A stretch of DNA of 63,208 bases, the filler included, from Welwitschia mirabilis (Eukaryota), in NCBI GenBank assembly GCA_051453625.1. It is 5 parts of one record of this genome, joined end to end, with 100 filler letters (N's around TTAATTAATTAA, not from the genome) between each part and the next. Parts side by side here need not be neighbours in the genome. Positions count along the whole stretch, not along the records: positions 34,809 to 51,470 come from JBOZIK010000001.1; positions 51,571 to 60,872 come from JBOZIK010000001.1; 3 more parts are not named here. One strand, written 5' to 3'. Below are positions 41,101-51,749 of this stretch, one piece after another. The position numbers were made by a program, and so were the translations under genes. Position 1 is the stretch's first letter. The number at the start of each line of letters is the position of its first letter. The notes under the pieces were generated by a model. That model did no database searches and was not told the DNA's origin. It saw only the letters and a program-made list of their open reading frames with translations.

Positions 41101-42578
41101 TTTGTAAAATTAAGGAACTTATACAACATGAGGTTATTTCACCAATAAATCATCCAACTATAGAACCAACAACTAATGATTAAACAAATATTCTTGGTTA
41201 AGAAAAGTTCTCACATTTTCAATCCAATATTGGATTCATAATGAGTTGATTTAAACTCATTCTTTCTTGTACATTATTGCTTCATTTGACTTTTGAGTCT
41301 TTGATTGAAGTCACTTCTAATCCTAGGACTAAGGGATGTATAGTATAATTATGGCCCATACTATGAAATGTGTAGTACATGTTTTGGCCTAGAATTATGG
41401 GATGTGTAATGCACATAATAAGCCTATCTACTATGGGATGTATAGTAGTAAATTAACTACTCCTTTAACAAAATAGGATCCTCACATAGCAACTCCTTTT
41501 TAGAGGTTTTATTGTAGGTCACATTCCAAAGGTTTTCCCTTGGTACTCTATTTTTCGCTTAGAAAAGAGTGTATTTCCATGTCAAGATGAGAATTTCTAA
41601 GGTTTGTATGCATACTATGGTTTCACGCCTAGGGATACATAAAAACCCTAGTAAAACCCTAATGATATGCTTGCCATTATAAGTAAGCTCTTAAAAGAAA
41701 TAAGGATGGAGAAATATTTTAGAGAATAAAATTTTTAATTTGGGAAAATCTTTCTCATCTCTCTTACTTTTATGTTTTACAATAGCAATTCCTTCAATAT
41801 AGTTCCCTAATTTTAAGCATGCATGTTTTTACATACTTATAATGATTAATTTGAATTGAAGTATGTTAAGCTTTTTCATATTTCTAATTAATTCTTCATG
41901 TGCTTATCTTAGTCCATAATTCACTATTATTTGATATTCTTTGGGACATTTTCCTACTTTTCATGCTTATGAAGTAAGCTATGAGAGCTAAGGTTAGTTG
42001 GAGTCTTCACTAATACTTATCATAATAGTGAAGAATAGAACAAAAAGTTTTTCAAACTATTTCATCATCTTTATGAGTTCATAGAAAGCTTTGTAACTTA
42101 GATTCCACATATAAATCATCTTCATCAATTATTTAAAGCCTATGAACATTGCCAAGAAGTGATCACAAAGTCAACAAAGTATAAGTCAACCTTAGGCTTT
42201 GAGAGTTCCATGTTTGCAACATTGAGGTACTTTTTGTGTTCCTTCTCAGAGGGGATCCTAATTTCATAATTCTACATGTAAATGGAGTGCTAGAATTATG
42301 CTTGTTAATAAATTTATCTTTCTTTATAACGCAAGCTCTTACTTTTGTCAATGAAAGTCATGTTAACAACTTATAGAATTTGAGATTTAAGAAATGTTTG
42401 ATATAATACATAATAAAATAAGCATGTAAATGGATTTAGAGGTAATAAATCCTTGAAATCCATCTAGAATTTCCAAAGAGGAAGTCAAATTTCAACAAAA
42501 TTTAAAATTCTCTATAGTCTTTGTAGGTGCTTTGGGAATGCTTATGACTTTAGGAATAGTGAACATGTTCTTGACTAA

Positions 42579-43270
42579 AAGAATAATAATTTTAACTTTA
42601 GTGCATACTTCATGTAAGACATAAGTAGATCCTCATATTCCTTGAACTTTATGTCCTTCATCAATGAGATTCTCCACGAATGAGATTTTTCACAATAAAA
42701 TACAGCTAATGAGTCTTTCATCACACTTGCAGAGGCCCTAGTATTTAAGCCCTTTGATCAATTTTATTGACAATGAGGGATAACAATCATGGAAAGTAAG
42801 AAGACCTACAAATGTGACAAAGGAAGCACACGTTTGGGTAGAGAGGGGTTTATTCATGGCTGTTATTGTACTAGATCATTATCTCCTCTATGAAGCACCT
42901 TCTAGTAGGATGAGTCCATAGATGCAAATCCATTAAAAAAAAAATAAAGTAAGAAGATAAAGGATAAGCAATGAGAGTCATCTTTACGGAGGTGTCGTAA
43001 GGGGTTACATAAGTGGAGTAGCATCAAAGACATATTTCTTTACACAAGAAAAAGTGAGGATGTGGTGACACCAAAGAATTCCTTTGATTTTCTTGTTTAC
43101 TAATACAACAATGAATAGGGCATCGTATAAGTAGTTGAGAAGGAATACCTATCTATCATACAGGCAAGGATTTCCTGGTTGCCTTAAATTTTCCTTAAAA
43201 ATATATATAATCATTAATTCCATTACTAGATCTTTGCATCTACAATTGAGATCTTTGCATCAATGACTAA
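42579..43270 (+). pseudogene. DUF1645-family gene remnant, copy 1
   Basis: NFNFSAYF, IQLMSLSSHLQRP*YLSPLINF, CTRSLSPL*, KWSSIKDIF and LRRNTYLSYRQGFPGCLKF follow the plant DUF1645 motif order; many stops. Confidence 0.75.
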
Positions 43271-43459
43271 TTAAATGCCATTTTTTAGCTTTAAAAAATA
43301 ATGGAGCATAAGTCATGCTTCCAAAAAATGAAAATAAAGATCAATAAGCATAAGAATTCAAAGTAAAAGAAAGATTGTCTTAGTAAAAAAAACAACATAT
43401 AAATCAAGATCTTTTAATAAAATCAAAACAAAATTTGAGTACATGGCTATGATACCAAA

Positions 43460-43802
43460 TGTTAATTCTAAAAGGATGAGAATGGAAATGTAAATAGAAT
43501 TAAAAAAAGGAGAAATCCAAATTAACATGATTCTCATCCTAGATCAAAGTAGAACTCAGGATGAGGGATGGTTTTCATTAATTATTACAAAGCAAATGTA
43601 TACGTACACTTAAGTAATTTGCTAATTTTTCACCTTTCTTACATTTTATCTTTTAAGTATATTCTTAAATCTCTTAACTCTCCACAAATATCTCAATCAA
43701 TTCCTTGAATGCATGTACTACTCAATGTGATGTCATGCATTCAAATTTACAACATTTTAAAAAATAAATTTAAAATAGTAATAAATATGTTAAACCCTAA
43801 TA
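43460..43802 (-). repeat. LTR-A copy 1, with PBS (43446-43457) on one side and PPT (43803-43815) on the other
   Basis: gctatgatacca-aa-TGTTAATTCTAAAAGG...CCCTAATA-aatcttcccccttc; homologous to 50710-51052. Confidence 0.8.
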
Positions 43803-43949
43803 AATCTTCCCCCTTCGCTTAATGTCATGTTCATAATGTTAGATTATTATTGGGTGAGAGACATGTAGATGGAAATGAAAAATATTATAAATTTTAATAA
43901 TTGAGAAGAAATTTTACAAGTTATTTTCTATAAGAACAACATCTATAGA

Positions 43950-46496
43950 GATCATTTTTGCTATTTTAAGTTAAAACAATAAAATGCTTTTGAATTAGAT
44001 TCATAGCCTAAAAAGATGTAGATTTTGGCTTCTCATCCAATGTTTAATGATGGTAACTAGGTACCTTTACATAGCAAAGTGAGCTAAAGATATTTAAATG
44101 AGAAATATCTGGCTTACTTTCATACATAACTGATATGTGGCTATGTCATCGAGACTTTTGAAAGGTACACAATTTAAAATATATATGGCAGTAGCCCATG
44201 CTTCACTCTAAAAATGCATTATTTAATGTAAAAACATCTTTCCATTTCCATGATTGTTTAATTTTTCATTTCCACTATGTAATTTTGTTGTTGTGTCTAT
44301 GTTGTAGTATTTTGATGAATAGTAACATTGTTTTTACAAAACCATTCAAATTTATTTGAGGTAAATTCTCTTCCTCTATCACTTTAAACTTTCTTTAAAC
44401 TATTTTCCTTTTGTGTTTCCATCATATTCTTAAATAATTTAAAGCAATCTAAAGTTTGATCATTAGTTTGAAGTAAATAACCCCAATAGATTCTAGAGTA
44501 ATCATCAACTATTACATATAAGTATCAACTTTTCCCAAGACTTATTATTTGTGTTAGATTATATAGATCCATATGCACAAGATCTAGATAAGTTTTAGAT
44601 CTATTTCTAGAATTTAAAAATGGTAACCTCTTTGTATTTCCTATAGCATGAATCTAATAATTTATTAATACAAGAAGAGAAAATTCATTCATACCTTGAA
44701 GAAGGTCCATTCTTTGCATTGTATTCATAGGTTTGAAATTAACATGTTCTAGTATAAGGTGCCAAAACCATGAATATGATTTCATTATCATTAAACAATC
44801 ATTATCATTTTATATCTGCAACTTATACATTGTAGTCTAGCTCATAGGGATTAATGTCATTTCTTTACCATCATATTCAGTAATTTTACAAAAATCATTG
44901 ATAAATTCTATTATATATCCTTTAGAATAAAGCTAGCTAACACTTAATGAATTCTTTTTCAGATTAGAAATAAAACAAATATAAAAAGTGGTATATGATC
45001 TATCTATATTTGTAGAAATATCAATTGATTCAATTCTAGTAATCATGAACTTTGCTCCTATATCAACGATTACTTCTTCTTGATGTTTGTGAAGATCAGT
45101 TAGTAAGAATCTGTTTCTAGTCATATGATTACTACAATTGTTGTCCACATACTAGACATTGTAAAGGAACTTTTATCTTTAGTCTTTTCAATGAAGAAGA
45201 GTTCTTCATGATTTGTTTCTTCTTTAGTATAATGTATAGCTTTTTTATTATGCTACATTCGCTCCATCTAGTAATTTAATTTAGTATGGTCTTCTATTTT
45301 GTAATAATTGCACCATTTTCTAGATTTGGTTGAATCTCATCTAGATTTAACATGTTCTTGATCTTACCCTTATTGATAATGGTCTTAACCACTACAATTA
45401 TTATTTCTTAAATCACAATTTTTACAACTATGTCATTGATTCAATTATTATTTTTGATGACAATTTTGATGTGACACTTTTATANNNNNNNNNNNNNNNN
45501 NNNNNNNNNNNNNNNNNNNNNNNNNNNNNNNNNNNNNNNNNNNNNNNNNNNNNNNNNNNNNNNNNNNNNNNNNNNNNNNNNNNNTTTATAATGATTTTAT
45601 AGATCTAAAAAGCATTTGTTACATATTCTTCACATAACTAATTTATTTACTCAAAGGTTTTGAAACTATAATAAGCTCGATCACTATCTAGTTAATATCT
45701 TTACTTTCTTCTATTTCATAAATGATAGAATCATATTGCCTCATGACTATTTAGAGAATCTTCCTCATACTCTTTGACTCATTGATGTTTTCTCCATAAG
45801 TTCATAACACATTCACAATCTTTTAAAGGTGATGAATGTAATGCTCAAGAGATTCAGACTCTTTCATGATAACAATCTCATATTCTCTGAAGAGAGTTTG
45901 TAATCTCACCTTTCTTACATGATCTAATCCTTTGTACTTAGTCTCTATAACTTTTCAAGCTTCTTTTACACATGTATGATTCACAATATTTGAAAAGATT
46001 GTATCAGTAACATTCTTCTAGAGTACGAGAAGTGCTCTAGCATTCTTTCATTTCATAGATGCAAGAGTAGTTGGATCTGTAATGTAATTAGTTTCAACAA
46101 CATCAAATCCCATCGATTTTGGGCCATCAAGAAAGTCTACATCATGATTGCCCAATAATCATAATTTTCTCCTTTAAATAAAGGAGCAATCATAGAAATA
46201 AAAGTGCTAGCATTGCTTTTATGTGCCATCTTTAACTATTAAAGCTGCAATAAAACAACCTAGGCTCTGATAGCAAATGAGAAAAACAATGAACTCATAA
46301 GTTTAAAACTATCTATAGAAAACATGTTTTGTATATATTAGGCTATGAGGTCAATCCTTATTAAGTAGCTAAAAATGGAAGAGAGTAAATCAAAGGATCC
46401 CTCTAGGAAAATATCTTAGAAAGTTGAGAGAATAAATAAATAGAATCATAAATGATTTAAAGCATTAAAATAAGATGTTGACATCACATCCTGTCA
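43950..46496 (-). mobile_element. Copia LTR-B (46278-46496), PBS, gag, protease and truncated integrase, copy 1
   Basis: PBS gctctgatagca (46264-46275); gag APLFKGENYDYW; protease VDNNCSNHMT; integrase ending at IFLGYESNSKAF; no RT follows. Confidence 0.85.
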
Positions 46497-47890
46497 TTTC
46501 CTCCATTGATGTCAACTTATTCAACACCAAAAAAGTTTTTAAATCCCATAAACCGCTCACATGAAAAAGGCTTAGTAAAGATATCAACTATCTTAAAACA
46601 TGATTTTACATGATCAATATTGATAAAGTTTTTATTAATAAGATCTCTAATGGAGTAATGCTTGATATCTATATGGTCGGTTTAAGCATGATATACTAGA
46701 TTTTGAAAAATTACAACTATAGTTGTCTTGTCACAATACATCTGTATTGGTGTTTTAGTAGGGAATCCCATTTCCTTAAGCAATGAATGAATACAAACAA
46801 CTTGCTTTATAGCTTATAAGAAAGCGGCATATTTTACATTTGTTGATGATAATGCAACTATGCTTTTCTTCTTTGAAGATCATGAGGTAAGGGAATGACA
46901 AAAGAAGAAATAATATCGTATAGTACATTTAGGGTTATCAATGCATCCTTCCCAATGAGCATTTGAATAATCAAGAATCACAAAGTTGTTGCTATNNNNN
47001 NNNNNTTTTGTTAAACCTACTATCAAAATTATAGGTGGTCTTCAAATACTTAAGAATATGTTTTGTGGTTAATCTTTAATTCATACATAAATCTAGAAAG
47101 ATAATTTATACTAAATTGAATATTTGATCTGGTGATCATAAGATATAATAAGCTTCTAATAAGAGAATAATATAAGGTAGCATGAATAGTAGATAAGTTA
47201 TCTTTCTTGGTAAGTTTAATGTTGATTGGAAGTAGAGTGTAAGATGGTTTACAATGTGTTACTTTGAATTTTTTTAATAGCATTTAAGTAAACTTTGGTT
47301 AATATAGATAAACAAATAAGGAATCATGTTTGACTTTAATTCTAAGGAAGTAGGTCATCTTATCAAGGTTAGTCATTTCAAAGTTCTTTTCCATCATTTA
47401 TTGACAGATTTTATTCATCAAAGTTGAAGAAGAAAAATAAATAATATCATCAACATTTAAACAGACAAATGTATAGTTAAAGTCCACTATCTTATTATAG
47501 ATATTTGTTTCAAATGAAAGATGCCAAAAGATAGAGTTAATTAGAAAATCATAAATCCTCTTAAGTCAAGCTCAGAATGCCTGTTCGAGTCCATATAAAG
47601 CTTTATGTAGACAATAAACATGGTTAAAATGTTTTTCATCTACAAATCCCTATGGTCGTTCAACCTATACTTCTTCCTCTAGATGATCCTTTAAAAAGGT
47701 GGAAGCAACATCAAGTTGAAGAATACATGCATTGAGTTTAACAATAATGGTGAAAAAGTCTGACAGATTTAATTCATGAAACTAGTGTGAAATTTTCTTT
47801 AAAATCATGACCTTAATTATAATCCTTAGCAACAAGGCAAGCCTTACATTTTTCAATAAACCTAGTTTGATCATGTTTAACATCAAATAC
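46497..47890 (-). mobile_element. Copia RT and RNase H remnant whose PPT abuts LTR-B copy 1
   Basis: YSLIRSLLYLMITRSNI, KALYGLEQA, DIFTKP; tttcctcc immediately right of LTR-B. Confidence 0.85.
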
Positions 47891-49981
47891 CCCTTTCGCT
47901 TCTCCTTCAAACCCTATCCCCTCCTCTTCCTTTTCCTCTACCCTTCCCTTAAATACCCCTTTTAATCCAAGGACCCTAATGCTATTTTCTAATTTAACAA
48001 CTCCACCTCTTTTTATTCATTCAATGTCCCCAACCCTTTACCTAATGCAATTTTTCATTCCCTTTTCCCTCTTCCTATCCCAATCACTTATGCCACCTAG
48101 TTCAATAAATAAGAAGCAAATTGTTCAAATATCAAACTCCATGATTGAAATGAATAGAGTGATTGATGTCCACACTAGTAAGGTTGTATATACAATTATT
48201 ATGTAATTATATTTATACATAGAGTCTCATAACCATATTCCCTAAATAGCTAAGATAGTCCCTCATCAGAATCTCATAGATACAAGTTTCATTCATGTAC
48301 CTTACACAAGTTCATCCTCTCAGTTCAATAATGAATCTAACTATATTTGGAACATTGGCATTACATTCCAAGCAATCACCTCCATAATGATAACATTCTA
48401 ATTGTTATCTAATACACCCCCTTAATGCATGCACTATTCAATTACATGTTGTGAATTTATAAAATCATGTAGTAATAATGACCAAGTTGGTCTTCAAGGT
48501 TTCTTGCTTTTCTCTTTAAGTGAAGATCTCCTTTCTTTGTTGTTATTTGAAGATTCAAATTGCCTTCACCATTCTCCTCTTCTTTGTTTGCCAAAGAGAA
48601 GAGTAAGATCTTGTTTGGCATGAGCTAAATTGCTATCTTGAAGATAAAAAAGACATATAAGAACTTGATTGGCATGAGCTAAATTGCTACCTTGAAGGTC
48701 AAATTTTCTCGGGGATGTCTTCTTGAGGGTTGTATTCACCATCTTTAGCTACATAGACAACTTTAGAGTATGCTTGTGTTAGATCTCACTATTATTGTAG
48801 CCGTAAGATCAATATGTGCCTCATAGTTTTGAAGAGCTAACTGCAACTAGGAACAAGGGGTTAGGTGCCTTCTTCAATTTCAATTTTTCACAAATTAAGC
48901 TGAACTATAAGATAATTGTCTAAGGGCCTTACAAAATGGTAAATCGAGCCCTTTTGTCATCCTAACAACAAAACATAATTCATTTTAGAAAGATGATCTA
49001 TTACGTTAAGATGGCTAGTACTAAGGTTCTTTACCAATACATGTAAAATGGAATAAATAAAAATAAAAAATAAAGGGGTATTTTAAACAAAATTCTTATC
49101 ATTGAGAGATCATCTTTCCCCTTAAATGAGTTTTTTTTTTTTTTAAAAAACAAGAATAATGCTATATGCAATCCATTTATGTTAAGCAATCATCAAATAG
49201 AAAGGGGAAAAAATCTTCAAATTTTCACTACTATGAATTAAAAAAAAAAAAAAAGAAAATATTCATCATTCAGGCCTGTGTTTCGACCAGCTTTGTAGCT
49301 TACCCATTGAAGAATAAACCATGCCTAAGAGGTAAGAATCATTGTAGTTCCTAACAGCATCCGCAAAGTCTCAAACAGGCGACTCTAGCTCGTGAGACTA
49401 AAAATAATGAAATTTAAAACGGATATTGTTGATGTTGATTTGCATTAGCAGGGTGACATCCACAGGAGTAGCAATATCGCTTGTGATGAAGAGCAAAACA
49501 GGAAACCTACCGAGTTGTTTCATCAGCTTTACCAGTTTATAAGGAGCCTTCACAGGCTTGAATTCTGCATATAGATAGTACAAGCCAAGATCGGTCTTTT
49601 AGAGTCCTCTGTCTGCAACATCACGGTGCTTTCTGTGTTCCTTCTCAAGGCAGATCCTAAGTTTACACATCTGCATGTAAACGGAGTATAAGAATTATGC
49701 TTCTTGACAAAATTATCTTTGTCTGCAACACTCAAGCTCTCATTTTCATCTGTGAAAGTCATGTTAATGGCTTCTAGAATCTGGGCTTTGATGAAATGTC
49801 TGGTATGGGCATGCAAGAAAACAGGAATGTGAATGGCTTTAGAGGCAAGAAACCCTAGAAATTCATCTGAAATTTCTGAAGAGGAAGTGAAATTTGAACA
49901 AACTTTGAAATGCTCTACGGTCTTTACTGGCGCTTTGGCAGTGCTTGCGATTTCAAGGACAGTGAATTTCTTCTTGATTGA

Positions 49982-50492
49982 AAGAAGGACGGTTTCAACT
50001 TTCGTACATGCTTTGTGTAAGAAATGGGCGGATCCTCGTCTTCCTTGACCTCTGTGTCCTCTGCTGGTAAGCTTTTCCATGACGGAAAGATACGGCCAAT
50101 GAATCTGTCATCGCACTTGCAGAGGTCCCAGCATCTAAGCCCTTTGATCGATTTTCTCAATGACAAGGAAGAGTAGTTGCAGGAGGGTGAGAAGACTAGC
50201 GGACGCAACAAAGCCAGTGTGAGTTTAGGAAGGAACCGCAGCGGATCACACAGGTGGAGTAGCATCAAAGGGCTGTTCCTTTGTACAAGAAAATGTGAGG
50301 ACACAGCAATACCAAAGAGCGCCTTTGGAACATCTCGTTTACTAGTGCAATGGTGAATAGGCTGCAGTACAAAGAGCTCAGAAGGAAGACATATTTATCA
50401 TACAGACAAGGACTTCTTGGTTGCCTTGAATTCCCCTTGAAAAGCTATCACTCTTAATGCCATTGCCAGATCTTTGCATAAACGATTGAGAT
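49982..50492 (+). pseudogene. DUF1645-family gene remnant, copy 2 (better preserved)
   Basis: KDGFNFRTCF..SSAGKLFHDGKIRPMNLSSHLQRSQHLSPLIDF..RWSSIKGLF, a frameshift, then KERLWNISF..NRLQYKELRRKTYLSYRQGLLGCLEF. Recalled family motifs: SADELF.NGQIRPMKLSSHLQRPQVL and EEMRRKTFLPYRQGLLGCLGF. Confidence 0.85.
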
Positions 50493-50709
50493 CTCTGCAC
50501 TTAAAGACTGATTATGTACCATTTTTTTAAACCTTAAAAAAAACAATTGTGCATAAGACATGCTTTTAATTAATTAAAATAATAAAGACCAAGAAGAATA
50601 AGAATTTGAAGTAAAAAAGAAAGATTAGCTTCATCATGAAAACAAGATATAAACCAAGATTTTTTACTAAAACCAAGACAAAATTTAAGTACATCGCTTT
50701 GATACCGAA

Positions 50710-51052
50710 TGTTAATTCTAAAAGGATGAGAATGGGGATGTAAACAAAATTAAGAAATGAGAAACGGAAATCAACATGATCCCTATCCCAAATCAAACCA
50801 AGACTCAAGATGAGGGACAGATTCCGTTAATCATTATAACGTGATTTTATACATACACTCAATAATTTGCTTATTTTCTCTCACCTTTCTCACATTTTAT
50901 CTTTTAAGTATCTCCTTAAATCTCTTAAGTCTTCACAAATATCTCAACTAGTTCCTTGAATGCATGCACTATTCAATTTCATGCCATGCGTTCAAGTTTA
51001 CAACATTTTAAAAAACAAATTTAAAATATAATAAATATGTGAAATCCCAACA
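50710..51052 (-). repeat. LTR-A copy 2, with PBS (50696-50707) and PPT (51053-51064)
   Basis: TG...CA termini; gctttgataccg on the left and aaccctcccctt on the right. Confidence 0.85.
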
Positions 51053-51115
51053 AACCCTCCCCTTGATATCATGTCTATAATGTCAAATTATTGTTGGGTG
51101 GGGAAGGTATAGGTG

Positions 51116-51653
51116 TGTTAAAAAAACTAAAACAAGAAGAAGTTCGGAGCTTGTACAAGTGAGGTACCTCAAGCTTTCAACGATTTGCTTTAAATAGGTT
51201 GGATTAACAAATGGCCCTTCTCCATTCTTGGTCAATTTCGCACCAACCTCTACTGGAATTCTTGTGGAATTGCTCTCTTGCATATTGAACTTTTTCAAAA
51301 TTTCAAAAACATACCTTCTTTGTGAGATGAAAATTCCATCATCTTTGTGAGTAACTTCTATGCCGAGGAAGTAAGACATTAGCCCAAGGTCTGTCATATC
51401 GAACTCTTGCATCATGGATTTCTTGAAGTCTTCTATCATTTGAGGATTATTTCCTGTAAAGATCAAGTCANNNNNNNNNNNNNNNNNNNNNNNNNNNNNN
51501 NNNNNNNNNNNNNNTTAATTAATTAANNNNNNNNNNNNNNNNNNNNNNNNNNNNNNNNNNNNNNNNNNNNAGTACGATACCGGTGATGGGGAAAGGACGA
51601 ATTCTAATCAAGTTGAAGAATGGAGATCATAATTATATTTCAGTTTTTTAACA
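51116..51653. mobile_element. Rearranged young copia insertion with AGGTG TSD and ~12-bp inverted termini
   Basis: aggtg|TGTTAAAAAAACT...AGTTTTTTAACA|aggtg. Uninterrupted minus-strand RT (FDMTDLGLMSYFLGIEV) lies left of the gap; plus-strand protease (IPVMGKGRILIKLKNGDHNYIS) lies right of it. Confidence 0.8.
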
Positions 51654-51749
51654 AGGTGGAGGGGGGAAATATTATAATTTTTAATAATTAAAGAGAAATT
51701 TAACAAATTATCTTCTATAAAAATGGCATCTATGGAGATCCAGATTTGT

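Noticed and set aside
49304-49324. AG/GTAAG-bounded 21-nt minus-strand micro-exon as an NSE4 upstream exon
   Set aside because: No frame gives recognisable NSE4 sequence; such sites occur by chance.
49924-50304. Minus-strand 126-aa ORF
   Set aside because: Exact antisense register of the DUF1645 frame with a non-ATG start; best explained as a shadow ORF.
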